The notes beneath the pieces are model-generated. The model saw nothing but the letters and a program-made list of their open reading frames with translations, was not told where the DNA came from and did no database searches. A stretch of 63,587 nt of DNA, the filler included, from Nemertoderma westbladi (Eukaryota > Animalia > Xenacoelomorpha): assembly GCA_032718475.1 (NCBI GenBank). It is 4 parts of 4 records of this genome, joined end to end, with 100 filler letters (N's around TTAATTAATTAA, not from the genome) between each part and the next. Parts side by side here need not be neighbours in the genome. Positions count along the whole stretch, not along the records: positions 1 to 17,944 come from JAUCBJ010005673.1; positions 18,045 to 31,773 come from JAUCBJ010003283.1; 2 more parts are not named here. One strand, 5' to 3'. The position numbers and the translations under genes are program-made. Positions 12,780-25,344 of the stretch are shown here, piece by piece (positions within the stretch are counted from its first letter, which is position 1; each line of letters begins with the position of its first letter).

Positions 12780-13200
12780 CAGGGCCTTCATAAAATAACT
12801 TTTTTATTTTTATATTTATTTATATATATATAAATATTTATATTTATTTTATGAAGGCCCTGGTTCATCCCGTATGGTTCTAAAGTATTCAGTTGACATT
12901 GCCAGTGTCCCTCCCTTTTACTTACTTGTTTGTTGCATTTACGGCATGTTACTAAATACACAAGATTGTGCCTACCGCGGCTACAATCACTCCTTAGCCG
13001 AAGTCCTACACCGTATGGTATGAATCTTGTTTGTGTTGTAGGATGACAAGAATCTGTATGCAAGTATTGGTGTACGTCAGTATTCTTATAGAAAGTTTCT
13101 GTTTGAAGGTAACCAGTCTCATCGATAAATGTTCTTAGATCAAGGAAATCTACAGATCTCCTAAGTTGCTCGATCTTAAATAAAATTTTACCTGGCTTAA
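12780..13200 (-). mobile_element. Internally deleted Penelope-like element remnant (different family)
   Basis: VDFLDL...FYKNTDVHQYLHTDSCHP..IPYGVGLRLR fused to NLVYLVTCRKCNKQ and REGHWQCQLNTLEPYGMN. Confidence 0.8.
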
Positions 13201-13399
13201 CATTTTAATTTAAATATTTTCAATATAGGCCTATACTGTAGGTACATTAGTACCAGTGGCGTCACAGCATCACCATGCGCCCCCCTGCAAAATTTGGCCT
13301 CCACCACCTTACAGTGCATTAAAAAGTTAAATTGAAATGCAAGTCTTCCCGCAATATTTGGCTTGTGCGTATATCCCCTCACACCTCACCCCCTACATT

Positions 13400-14350
13400 A
13401 AGCTTGGGGGAACCAATGAGACACCTCCAATGTTATATAGTGTCTGATAGGAGATGTGTGCATTGTACTTGACACAATGAACCCGGCGTAGCATTCTTGT
13501 GAATGTGCCATCCAGAGATTAGGTGTCCTTAGCAGTTGAGCACAGCATGGGCTCTGCTGCTTTAAATAATCGGACCTTAAGTTTCCGATTAATTCTATGT
13601 GACTTCCAAATCATGGAAAGCCTATTCAAGACGCCCATGCCTTTCCCTTGCGTATTCGAAGGTCTTCACCTGACCTCCGGATGCATGAACCCAGGTGACA
13701 GAAGGCGTCCACATGCTCAAGCATACCATCCTTTGAGCTTATGCTCATACGATCAGAGACTTGCTGAGGACTTTCAAAGTTAACTGTCAGAATTTTGGTC
13801 TTTCTGGAGTTAATAAAAAGACCAACACTAGAAGCAGCATGTTGTAATGAGCTGAGGAGCCGTTGGGCTCCCTCTAGTGATTCTGAGAGTACTCCTAAGT
13901 CATCAGCAAAGTCTAGATCAGTTAGGTACTTGGCAGGATTTCCTTGACTTCTGGAGCTAGAAGGTGGAATTATCATCACCCCCATCATCATTATGATGAT
14001 CTAGTGACATCAGCAGTCTCTCAATGGGATCCCTGATACGATTTAATATAATTCTATTGTATAGCTTTGCAGCAATCGATATCAATGAGATTCCCTGAAA
14101 AGAACCATAGAGTGTTAGGTTGCCCTTCTTGGGAACTGGCACCAACTTATTTATTTTCATTTCTTATGCGACTCTTGTTGTTCAGTACATGTCTACTATG
14201 ATGGGATAGATGAACGTTAAACACTCAGGTATATTTTAAAGACCTCAGGGGGAAGACCATCTACTACACTGGCACGATTGGTCTTAATGCTCTTTGCAGC
14301 AGCCTTCACTTCTGCAAAGGAGATATCGCCAATGGGAATATCTGGGAGTA
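13400..14350 (-). mobile_element. RTE-clade LINE fragment with internal deletions
   Basis: Paralogous to 27272-28635; LVPVPKKGNL, KLYNRIILNRI and LTDLDFADD motifs. Confidence 0.88.
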
Positions 14351-14784
14351 CAGATTCAGAACACTTGTACTTCTTTAAAGTTATCGGGCAATACCCTGTC
14401 ATTGAATTAAAGACAATGCATTCCGGGACATGGCTTACTGGTTTTATGTATGTATTTTCAGAGGTTTAAAGTTTTGACCTCGAAAAGACCAAGAATAGCA
14501 GCAGTGTGCAATAATGGGTAAGAAATTGGTGACACATTTTCAAAATGCTTGTAGCAATTTATGTTATAGCTGCATATGTACAAAATACAATTTGAGATTG
14601 CACGAAATTTGAAATACAGAATGACCTCTCTATTTTCTGGAAAAATATATAGAATAATATATAATTATGAGAATAAATTAATTAATGGTTGTGATTATAT
14701 GTGCCATATTATTGAATGGTTTTAAGAAATCCATGTACTAGTTGCAAAGACATAGACGTTCAATATATGAATTGAATAGGCCTA

Positions 14785-15274
14785 ATGTTAGCACTTTATG
14801 CTTTCTGTTGGCCGGTATTATTCATTTCAGAAACTCATAATCACCTCTTGTGATCTCGGCTCGATTAATAATCAATTTATTTCAATTTTAGTTATAAAAC
14901 GCTAATATCTGGTCTGGCTTGCTATGCAATAATTATACAACAAAATTAGCCTTAAAGAGCTAACATTTAAAATATGACTTAGGGAGAAAATATATAGTGC
15001 TGACAGTTAGCACTTTACCTTTTTCAATAATTCTGAATCTGGTCGCTAGGGGACAGTTGTTAATATTTGTTGCTATTTGGCGTTTTTAATTTGTGCTTAC
15101 AAAGAGGTCAAAGTGCTAACACTTCGAAATGAGCAAATCGGAACCCGGAATTGTAGTGAACTTGTCTTAACAAATTTTTTTCAGGGAGTGTTTAGCACTT
15201 TAGGTTAGCACTTTAAAACAGTTAGCACTTTACCATTGCAGGACTGCTGTTTGTTAGCACTTCTAAAAACAGTG
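14785..15274. mobile_element. Partial CACTA/EnSpm-like non-autonomous element
   Basis: Several GTTAGCACTTT subterminal motifs in both orientations, ending in ...AAAAACAGTG. The other end was not found. Confidence 0.45.
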
Positions 15275-15319
15275 AGCTCTCCATGATAATTTACTGTCTA
15301 TTTAGATTCCTAAATATTT

Positions 15320-15579
15320 GGCTGAATTTGTTTGTGATATTGGGTTTCCTTTAATATTAGGAGGAAAGAGCTTATTTAATTCGCCGTTGTAAAATAAAGT
15401 AATTCCGTTTTTTTGAGATTTATTGTTAGGCGATTGTCAAGCAACCAGTTTGCCACTTTATCTAGTTCAACATTAAAAACGTTTGATAAGTCAGTTAAAT
15501 TATTTGTAGAATGCATAAGAGACGTATCGTCGGCAAACAAAGTTGAGAACTATGATGTACAGTTTGGTAGATCGTTAAT
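15320..15579 (-). mobile_element. CR1/L2-group LINE RT fragment
   Basis: Minus strand INDLP...LFADDTSL...ELDKVANWLLDNRLTINLKKTE. Confidence 0.8.
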
Positions 15580-16867
15580 TGTAAAAGCTTTTGCGGACAA
15601 AATAAGTCATTTTGCGCAATGCGCTAAATACTCTAAAAGGCTTATAAATTATGCAACTACGTGTCTGTCAAAAATCGTGTCTGTTCCTTTGTGTGAGGAA
15701 TCTGCTTTGTTGACATATATTTCAGCCAATCAGAGCGATCTCCCTTCCTCTGTGTATAGTGGCCTCTAAGAAATGAGGCAATACGGCAAATTCTGAGAAT
15801 TCCTTCATTCAAAATTCATTCATTCGGACATTCTGACTGTTCTGACTTTTGCCGTATCATCAGTGGCCTAGAGAGTCATAAGAACGCAAATCTATTAACA
15901 TCCCGTACCGTAACGTAACTCACAACATTGCTCATACATTTGAAACGTATCACACCGCTGCACTACATTCTGACATACTGTTTTATACTATTGTTAATTG
16001 CTGTTATATATTAATGGATGTTATATTTGGAGAATACTGATGAATAATTGTTAAATCCCCCTTAACTTTCTTAATTACTAAGGTAAGCAGAAGGGTGTAT
16101 CAGTAGCAATTGTGGCTCAATTTATAGTGGTTTGTGTGAATTAAATGCTATTTCATAATCCCAATTTATGTGAGTCGCAAAAAAGCAAAAGCAAACAGTC
16201 GGCCGAAGCCGGAGGCGACCCGAAGGCTCCTCTTTCGATAGCTGCTACCCGAGGGTAGGGGTGGGCGCTACTCCTATCCCAAGATTTGCTACCAGTTATT
16301 TAACTGGTACTCATTTTTCGACCCCAGTGGATGAAAGGCTGAGTGGACCCTGGCGGGGCTGAACCTACAACCAATAGATTGCAGGCCCGGCGCTCAACCA
16401 ACTGAGCTACCCCGCCCTTTGTGAGTCACAATCCTCCTTATATATGACTAAAATCGGTGACAGTCGGCAAATCAGTGTGCATTAGTGTGAATATTAGTGT
16501 ATAAAGTTAGTGTGAGGGTTAATAAAGCATTCCTAAAGAATGCGCCATTTACGATATCTTATTGCCACTAGTTGTAATTAGTGTCAGTTATAACTCTGCT
16601 TGATACTTTAAGCGCCATGTCCCAAAGGAACTGTAAATATTTCCATGAAAGTAAATATAGTTGTCGGAGATTATATAGTAGTGATCAATCAAATAATACA
16701 AAGTAGCCTACTGCTCTCTCTCTATAACAGAATCCAGTCTCCCACACCCGTGGGTCATACGCCACGCTAGACTGGCTTCAGCTGATGTCAATTAGTACGG
16801 GCAATAGTCAATTCATAAGATACTTAAATTAGCAGGTTTAACTGTTAAAGGTCTAAAAGGGCGAACA
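15580..16867 (+). mobile_element. 5' LTR of BEL/Pao retrotransposon (subfamily B), containing a SINE insertion
   Basis: TGTAAAAGC...GGGCGAACA; CCAAT at ~15726, TATA-like at ~16439, AATAAA at 16521; followed by a leader and gag. Confidence 0.88.
16181..16417 (-). mobile_element. tRNA-derived SINE inserted in the LTR
   Basis: Head GGGCGGGGTAGCTCAGTTGG (A box)...GGTTCAGCCCC (B-box-like), core ACTCAGCCTTTCATCC...ATGAGTACCAG, T-rich tail, imperfect TSD TGTGAGTC(G/A)CAA. Absent from the paralogous LTR at ~57710-57735. Confidence 0.88.
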
Positions 16868-17465
16868 TTAATATATTTATTCTTTTATTGCTCAGTAGGC
16901 AATAAACCCTAACGTACCGGTCGGACGGTAAACCGTAGGCTTAGTAGTGATGAACCGGTACCGTATAGCAGTATTACTTCGATTGTGACATATTTGTATA
17001 ATATTCGTAGGCTGTTTAAGAGACTAGGGCCTGTACACCCCTTATTTCTTTTAGAGTTTACATATTTCTGTTGGCTTTATTTACCGGTAAGTGTAGTATT
17101 GAGCAGAAGGCGTGTAAACCTGCTCGGATTGTAAAAGTAACTTATAGGCTGAATTGTTGTCTGATTATTGATAGATCTGAGGTGGATTACAGCAACACAT
17201 CGCTCTCGAACGCGATAAATTAGTCAATATACAAATGGGTATACCACCACACCCTGTAACAGTGTGTCAGCCCTTTAGGCCTGAAGTACCTCATGCGCAA
17301 GGTGTGGAGCCTACACGCATCTATATTGCTAGTGAAGTAGAAACTCCTATAGTAAACCCTATTAATAGTATTAATAATAATAAACCTGTCGATAATGATA
17401 TCCCATACTGATCTGATAATAATCCGAGAAATTTATATACCGATAATTCGATATTAAATAGTACG

Positions 17466-17944
17466 ATGGCTCAAGAAAGTTTCACACATCAGATAGCTAG
17501 GACGGAAGCCCGTCAAGCTGTAAAAGTGGGAGAGGTCATCAAGTTTAATAGAGATGAGATGAAATGGTTACCTTTTAATGAATATTACAAAGATAACATA
17601 CAAAACTCTATACTATCCAGGGGAGAGAAACTACGATTCCTCATTGAGTGCTTGGAAGGACCTCCCAAGTTAATGGCGTTAAAGTTTATTGGACATCCGG
17701 ACGGATTGAGACAAGTTTGGGATACACTTAACATCAGGTATGGTAATAGGACTAACATAGCTAGATATCTGTATGCGAAATTAGTAGCGCCCAGAAAATT
17801 TTTTAGCAGCGGGATTATAGAGTTTTCCGATGAGATTCAGGAGATCTGTAGACAGTTAGACTGGTTGGGTAAGTCTCATGAATACCAGAGTTCCATGGTT
17901 GTAGGAGCCGTAGCATCAATTTTGCCAAAGGGCGGAGTAGGTAC
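17466..17944 (+). CDS. gag: BEL/Pao Gag (DUF1759-like capsid region), cut by an assembly gap
   Basis: KFNRDEMKWLPF..YKDNI..LSRGEKLRFLIECLEG.P...VWDTLNIRYGNR matches the Pao Gag pattern; lies downstream of the LTR in the same orientation. Confidence 0.85.
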
Positions 17945-18044
17945 NNNNNNNNNNNNNNNNNNNNNNNNNNNNNNNNNNNNNNNNNNNNTTAATTAATTAA
18001 NNNNNNNNNNNNNNNNNNNNNNNNNNNNNNNNNNNNNNNNNNNN
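17945..18044. other. Assembly gap with artificial six-frame-stop linker
   Basis: N-run, TTAATTAATTAA, N-run; identical at all three gaps. Confidence 0.97.
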
Positions 18045-18445
18045 ACTGTAATTAAAATACAAGTAGAACGTATCGAACGGATCGAACGTATCGAACGTAT
18101 CGCATCAATAAAAATGACGCACGCAGTACAAATATTATCAGTTTTAGTATAAAAATGGCAGCCCCGCAAATATGTGCGAAGGCAACATTTATTCAGCAAA
18201 CCAACAAAAAAACAATATTTAATCAATAATAAATTATATATTGGAAGTTTGTGTATTTCGCTAAACCAATAATCGTTGGATCAATAGGCCTACTACAGTA
18301 CAAATAATTGTATTAATTATAAAAGCCGGTATATTTTGAAGAAGGAAATACGTATAGTTTTTTTTTTGCCAAAGAAAAGTCCCCCTTATTGTTTTTTTAT
18401 TAGTTTCTCAGCTGATAGGCCTTTCTGTTTCTGATCCTTTGAGTT

Positions 18446-18592
18446 CTACTGTCGTACAATAGCGGACCCACCGCCTAGACCCATTTCCCTCCACTCCTGG
18501 TTAAGCGCGCATACACCGCAACACCACATTAAAAGGCAAGACTTTACCGCGCTCTCATCAATCGATTTGTTGTCGACAACTTTTCTTCTAGT
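18446..18592 (-). CDS. PLAC8/cornifelin-family protein, last coding exon (48 aa plus stop)
   Basis: Acceptor tttcttgcAG, then TRRKVVDNKSIDESAVKSCLLMWCCGVCALNQEWREMGLGGGSAIVRQ*, with the PLAC8 C-terminal CCxxCALxQExRE motif. Phase 0 matches the upstream exon. AATAAA at 18396-18401 (minus). Confidence 0.9.
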   Translation of the reverse strand, partial: TRRKVVDNKSIDESAVKSCLLMWCCGVCALNQEWREMGLGGGSAIVRQ

Positions 18593-18739
18593 CTGCAAGA
18601 AATAAATACCTTAATATATATTTTATTCAAAAATTGAAACATTTATTTCCACTGTCAGTTTCAACAGTGTCAAAAAAAGATTAACTTTCGTCCGCTCACA
18701 CTTTTGTAGGGGGCCTACTCCACACCATATTACATTAAG

Positions 18740-19510
18740 CCCCCCTTGGGTAAAATTTTAACTTTTTTGGTTTTTTTATTTCATCTGATGCAGAATTTAA
18801 TGGGCAGTTAAATTCTTAAAATGGTTTGTGGAGATCTTTTTTAGTTCTTGAGTTATCGCTATCTTTCCGTCTACCAATTTGTCCGCCAATATTGAAGACA
18901 GTCAGACAGACTATCTGTCAGACAGACATATTAGATACAACCAAACATTACAACTGACATCAGAAATGAAATCACCGACCCCGACAAACCCCCATATTGA
19001 TAATTTTAGTGAGTTGGTATGAAGCCACAGTGTCAAACATTACTGACCGATTAACAGACTACAGACAGTCAGGTTTGAGCGGGAAGGTTCAAACTTTAAA
19101 GAAAATTATCTCGGAATTACATTTCACGATATTTCCATTTTTCCAAATACTACTCCTCCGCCGTTTCTCACCCAAATTCGATAATTTATTGCTCGTTTTG
19201 AAACAAAAGACCTTTTTGAAACAAAAGACCTTTCAAGACTTTTGAAAGGTTTTTAGAAGATCTTGAAAATTTATCTAGCACATGTTTGGAAAGTTTTTTT
19301 TTTATATTGTTGAAAATGTTAATAAATTTTATTAATTTTAATTAATGAATTTACTTAAAAAATCATAATTTTAAGAATCGGCTAAATTTTGTAGATTCGA
19401 AGGCGCTGAGTCCAAAAAAGTTGGTTTCAAAAACATTGGATAAATATTAAGGGACCAGTAGTGTTTTTTAGTGAAATATTCCCCCCCCCCCCCCCTCCCC
19501 CCCCCCCCCC
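18740..19510. mobile_element. Non-autonomous interspersed repeat, Helentron-associated (HINE/DINE-like), in the PLAC8 intron
   Basis: (GACA)n-like tract and core shared with 23900-24035 (direct) and ~23490-23590 (inverted). Confidence 0.55.
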
Positions 19511-19821
19511 CCTCTAAGTGAACCAAAGGACATACTCTGTACAGTACCGGTACAACTACTGTAACAGTGCTATTGTCAAATTTTAGTTTCACATGCTGCT
19601 GTTGTAACGCAATACTGCGCTGCTGTTGTAACGGTAGCAATCGGCATATCAAACAGCAGTTATTGGCGATAAACACTTCTAATTAACTATACAATGAGAC
19701 CTTCTTACTAATACAAAGAAATAGTTCAACTAACATTATCAAGAGCCCTACCAAATAAATATACACATGTACAGTAGTTCTATAATACTAACTGAACAGG
19801 TGACACATAACCATTGGGGGG

Positions 19822-20670
19822 GAGATACACTTGCACCATTCTTATAATTGTGGTTGACTACAGTATATTCTACGCATGTCCTTAGATCATCATAATGATG
19901 ATGGGGTGATGATATCTCCACCTACTGGCTCCAGAAGACGAGGAAATCCTGCCAAGTACCTAACTAATCTAGACTTTGCTGATGTCTTAGGAGTACTCTC
20001 GGAATCAATAGAGGGAGCCCAATGGCTCCTCAACCCATCAAAACAGGTTGTTAGTGTTGGTCTTTTCGTTAACTCCAAATAGACCAAAATTTTGATAGTT
20101 AACATTGAAAGTCCTCAGCAAATCTCTGATCCGATGAGCATAAGCTCAAAGGATGGTATGCTTGATCATACGTAGGGGAAAGGCATGGGGAGCATTGAAT
20201 GGGCTTTCCAGGATTTGGAAGTCACACAGAAGTAATCGGAAACTTAAGGTCCGATTATTTAGAGCAGCAGTAGTTCCAGTACTCCTCTATGAGAGTCCAT
20301 TCTGGGCTCTAACTGCTGAGAACACCAAATCTCCGGATGGCACATTTACAAGAATGCTACGCCAGGTTCATTGTGTCAAGTACGATGCACACATCTCCAA
20401 CCAGACTCTATACAACATTGGATGTGTCTCATGGTCTTGAAGATGCGGATAAAATAATCTCGTGAAAGTCATGGGGGGGATAGGGAGTTGTGGCGGTGCA
20501 ACTTTGTTGATAAGCCGGCATAGCATTATTAATGCACGCTGCATTGGGCTTGCCAATTATGTATGGATTGCATGGTGGTTCCAAAATATTTTTGTTAAGC
20601 CGGCATATACTGTAGCATCTCAATGTGCAGCATCAATGCAGCAGGCCGATTATAGTAGTAGTAGTAGTAT
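19822..20670 (+). mobile_element. RTE-clade LINE 3' fragment with (TAG)n tail, antisense in the PLAC8 intron
   Basis: Paralog of 27680-28635 with deletions; ends gccgattatagtagtagtagtag. Confidence 0.88.
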
Positions 20671-20896
20671 AATACTAACAATACTACTGTAATTATGCTA
20701 CTGTACCTTCGAAACGATACAAAGATGTCTATTACATAGTTATTCTACTATAAGACGATACAAGTTATTTTATTCCAAAATTGTAACATTACTCAACGCC
20801 GTTAGTATTAACAGCGAGTTGTTATTTAGCACTTTACAACTTTAGAGGACATTACAGCATTGTATTGGCCTGTACATTTAGTATTGTATTTGGTGT

Positions 20897-20987
20897 TATT
20901 GTTTACGTGACGACGCATGACGACGTTAAGTAATGTCCACTAAGGGGACATAACTTAACGCCGTCATGTGGTACCACGTAAACAATA
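20897..20987. repeat. Short fold-back element (MITE-like hairpin)
   Basis: tattgtttacgtg...catgacgacgttaagt...acttaacgccgtcatg...cacgtaaacaata. Confidence 0.75.
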
Positions 20988-21255
20988 GGTGAAAATTTGC
21001 CTGACAGCCAGATAGGCCTACTGCATTACCTACCGGTAGGCGGGGTATAGCTATTAATAACCAGTAGGGCCTAGCTATATTATTATAACATGGCTCCAAA
21101 CGCCACCATAAATATAAGCTAACTTATTTATAACATAATTTATGTCATTTTTACATTTATTTATACAGCAACTAATATAATTTGTGCAGTTTCTATCACT
21201 TATAATGTATATGTACAATCATTTCGTAATGTTAAAATTTTGGAATAAAACTACA

Positions 21256-21392
21256 TACATACTTGTTGCAAAGTACTTTACAGTGTTCTGATCCTCGTGG
21301 CTTTATTTTCACTCACTCACTAACGTTCGTTCGTGTAACAAAGCCACTCGGATCATCACACTGTAAAGTGCTACTTTACACACAAGTATGTA
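21256..21392. repeat. Short fold-back element (MITE-like hairpin)
   Basis: tacatacttgt..ctttacagtgt..tgatcc..gtggcttt pairs with aaagccac..ggatca..acactgtaaag..acaagtatgta. Confidence 0.75.
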
Positions 21393-21733
21393 AATAGTTA
21401 TCACCTATTCATAGAATTATACTACTGTAACTACTAAGCTACACATGAGTTGTAAAAACTATCCAGAATCTAATAACTCATGAAGTTATATATATAATTA
21501 TACATCAAGGTTTCCTAACTATGCCCTGTTAATAACTAATAAAACGCACACTAACTACTGTATATGCAACGCGTTCTACTACAGTAACTACAGTATAAAG
21601 AATTCGACTAAGGATCGAGTTATACTGTACTATAGTAATAGAGTTCTACCCCTGCCAGTATAGATACACAAAGAGTTATACAAAAAATACGAATAATTGT
21701 TATGGATTCAGGAACGATGGATGATTTACTTAC

Positions 21734-21910
21734 CGCCCACAACGCGTACAAGTTGAGTCCTGGCACTAGGAGTGCAAGACCACAGAGCGGACAGCTCTCT
21801 CCAACAGATTCAGCGACTCGTCCCTGGATGAGACATGGCACGAAGTACGTGAGTAGACACCCGACGCAGTTACTGAAACAGCCGAAAAGTGATTCGCTCC
21901 ATTCACCCAT
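21734..21910 (-). CDS. PLAC8/cornifelin-family protein, first coding exon (59 aa; full protein 107 aa)
   Basis: MGEWSESLFGCFSNCVGCLLTYFVPCLIQGRVAESVGESCPLC is the PLAC8 N-terminus. Donor GCG|GTAAGT at 21733; acceptor ttcccttAG just upstream of the ATG; candidate 5'-UTR exon donor GTAAGT at 22143. Confidence 0.92.
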
Positions 21911-23289
21911 TGTTTCTAATCTAAGGGAAAATATCAATTGATTTCAGTTTCTTTAAAAATTAAATCGCGAAATTTATTTTATTTATTTATTATCTTGAGT
22001 TTATTTATATAGAAAGCCTACTGGGTAAAATTCAATTTAATTTAAAATTACACTTTGTTGCAACAGTTTATATAAAGTAGCTCTGAATTCCCACAATGAT
22101 AATAAGTAAAATCAAAGATGGTAAAAGGTTTATTTATACTTACTTGTTAAGTTAAGTTAGTTTGTACAAAATTTCACAGGAAATTGAACGCAAAAGTACA
22201 ATAACTCGTTGATGCCGCAGACCGAATATTCGCAAATGATTAGTAAGCTACTTTGTGTTTGTTACATCACCCGAGCAACCAGCAAGTACTACACCTGCAC
22301 CAACCAATTACTTCAATATATTATTGCTGTGGATAGGCGCACCTCAACAATAATTATGTTACTAGAGGGTGGATAGATTTTTTTGGCAATATAATACTAA
22401 CTTGCTGGCGTCATATCCACACATTCCTCCTGCTGGCCCCTACCTAAATGATGATAAACACCGCCCTTATTAAATTTAATAGTCAACATCAACTGTATTA
22501 TGACGAAATTAATTTACAGGAACATTCCAAACACAATAATTTATATTAATTATTATTTCCTCCCCATTGTCTCCAAGAAGAGCGGCGATACAAGGCAATC
22601 TAAGCTGCTAATATATTATTTATACTATAATAATTATTGTGTTGAGTAGCGACGGAACAATGCTAATAAGTACTGTTAAGCCTCTTCATCTTGTGAAGAA
22701 GGGTTGTTTGCAGTTAGCAAGTACAGTATGTACCAATATCGACACTGTAAAATATAATCAAAATACTGTAAGTACACTGATTTATTATTAAAATTGATTT
22801 TCTAACCAGTTCTCTTTAGGTGACGAAGTTTCAGGATTCAAGGCTGCGAGATTTTTCAATTCGGTGGTTCAGTGATTTCGACATGAACAAACGCATTTTA
22901 AGAATAAAATTAACTACAGTATTACATCATAAATAACAAATGTACAGTAGGCCTACATTAGCCTACTTTATAGGAGCGCCAAAGAGCCCACCCTAATCGT
23001 GAACTAAGTAAATGTAAATAAATAAATAAATAAAATGCCTCAGCGATGATAACATTATAATATAATAATGTAGCTTATTACATTGGGCCTACAACAAGCG
23101 GAACAGCTGTACAGTAGTGGTATGGTAGCCTGTCGCGACATCCAGATAGTGAAACTAAGTCCGGGGGTCTACGAGTAACTGAATATAGCCCAGACACACT
23201 ACCCGCCAGACTAACTACAGACTTCCTTCAACTTTTCGATACCGGATTTTTTGGAACCCGCATGTTCATTTTCATCATATTTTTCACGC

Positions 23290-24040
23290 ACTTTTTGTCT
23301 TTTCGTTTTCTATTTCTGATAATTGGCAATTTTGTAAAAAAAAATCAATTTTCTAAACACTGAAAAAACCCATGTTTTATGTAATTTTCATACAAAAAAA
23401 TGAAATATTATTAAATTAAGAAAAGTGAGTGAAATTTATTGAAGCATATGAAATTACATTTCATATAAAGCAAAAATTGCCAAAAACTGTTAAGAAATAA
23501 GAAATGGCGGAGGAGCAGTATTTTTCGTGCTTAAAAATGCCATTCTGAGATAATCGCCTTCAAAGCTGAAAGCTTCCCTGGACAGACTGCACCCCTTCTC
23601 CGGAACAGTGCCTCAGACTTCCAGTTCCTTACAAGGAGGAACTTGTTTCTTCATCTTGTTGCTGGAGTCCTCATACCCCGGAAACTTGTTGCTTCAACTT
23701 GTTTAAGGGGGACACCCCCCCCCCCCCCCCTCCTTCTTGGGTTTAATTTTCACATTTTTGCAAATTTGAACAAATTTTTGAATTTGAATCAAAACATTTC
23801 TAACAAATTGAATTTACTGCAGAATTTACTGGGGATTTCCAATCTTGAAACGGCTTGGCGAGATATTTCTTGTTATCGAGATTTCTTTCCAACTACAAAT
23901 TTGTCCGTCAAAATCTAGAAGACAGACAGACAGACACACTGCCAGAAGACATATTAGATACCAACAAACATTAAAACTGAAATCACCAACCCCGAAGACC
24001 CCAATATAGATAATTTTAGTGAGGTGACATGAATCCATCG
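23290..24040. mobile_element. HINE/Helentron-like repeat fragments, same family as 18740-19510
   Basis: Shared gacagacagac...catattagatac..aaatcacc.accccga core. Confidence 0.5.
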
Positions 24041-24243
24041 CATTGTGGGACAGAGTTGGCCAAAAGGTGACATTGTCAGTATCGAATGAGACATGTCCCA
24101 TCTTTTAGCCAATATATCAAAACTGAAAACATGATGAAAATTTTTGTTCTCAAAATTATCATTGTGATCACATCATTGTGCCGCCAAAATGTTGAACTGT
24201 AGTATTTTACTGTATTGCTTCCTTAGTTACTGTGATTCAAATT

Positions 24244-24631
24244 GAAGGGCTGAGTATAAAAAGGTCCTATGTGACAAAAGTGTCATTCTGAGATAATCAC
24301 ACTTTTGTGTTTTTTTTTACCACCACATTACATTTGATGTTGGCATTCTGTATTTTTGCATGTAAGTAGATGTACTTCAAAATCTTTTTTCAAATTTTTT
24401 TTTTAAAAACTTCAAAATTGTTTCACATATATCAGGCAGTAATGTACATAAAACCCTTTTTGTTTATGTCTATGCGATTTTTACTGTACATAGAACTATT
24501 TTACTCCAGGATATCAGGCAGTATTGTTCATATGATCTCAGAACCTTATTGTTAGGTCTCATCTGTATGAGTATAACTCTGATTCTAAGAAAATGCCACA
24601 TACAGTAGGACCTTTTTATGCTCAGCCCTTA
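24244..24631. mobile_element. MITE with ~22-bp TIRs and probable 4-bp AATT TSD (possibly Sola-like)
   Basis: aatt|gaagggctgagtataaaaaggtcct ... aggacctttttatgctcagccctta|aatt. Confidence 0.65.
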
Positions 24632-25344
24632 AATTATTGTACGCTTTAACTCCTGATGCTGCCTTACGCAATATAATTTAGTGTTCTCGAATATTTAACT
24701 AAGCATATTTAACCGTTTAACTAGGCCTACATTGGATATTGAGTTTCGTTTGGAGTACGCCTTGGAGACAGTAAAGTTGCAATAACTTTTTGAGTGTGTG
24801 AACATTTTGCTCAAATTACTTGCAAACCTTTTCTACGTCAATCGTATTTCTACACTTTTAATAAAATTTAAGAAATTTCGACAATAAACAACTGTTGTTT
24901 TACTTTTTCGCCGTGAAAAAGTAAATTCAATGCAATCATAGGAGTTATATTTTTCCCGAGGAAAGAAAGTAGGCCTACTCCATATTCTACGATTTTGGGG
25001 TAAATTCGAGCGAAAGATGAGCCTTACGTAGAGGTTCAATTAGTGGACCTAGTCATTCGCCCCTAGCGGCAGACAGAGGAACTGTAAAAGTCCGTCTGCG
25101 AACAGAATCTATTTATTCAACAATATAACTCCTACCAAATTCCCGATGAATCTGAAGGTTGGTTCTATAAGTACAGCTGCTTCTACGTTTCTGTCAATTC
25201 GCCCCCTAGTGGCAGACATATGAACTAGAGACGCCTGTCTCTCTGTAGAATTTCTAAACTTTATATAGAGTACATGTGTACCAAGTTTGGTTCAAGAGTC
25301 CCACAAGAAATGAAAACAAATAAGTTGGTGCCACTTTAATTATC

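Noticed and set aside
16345-16417. tRNA genes here and at 28813-28885
   Set aside because: Cloverleaves are incomplete; this one continues into a SINE body with a TSD.
15575-16872. TTAAT on both sides suggesting a solo LTR
   Set aside because: The downstream sequence resembles the leader of the 1987 copy and leads to gag, and the interrupted LINE does not resume beyond a few bases. Probably chance in AT-rich DNA, though not excluded.
17989-18000. TTAATTAATTAA motif recurring three times
   Set aside because: Always centred in N-runs; an artificial scaffolding linker.
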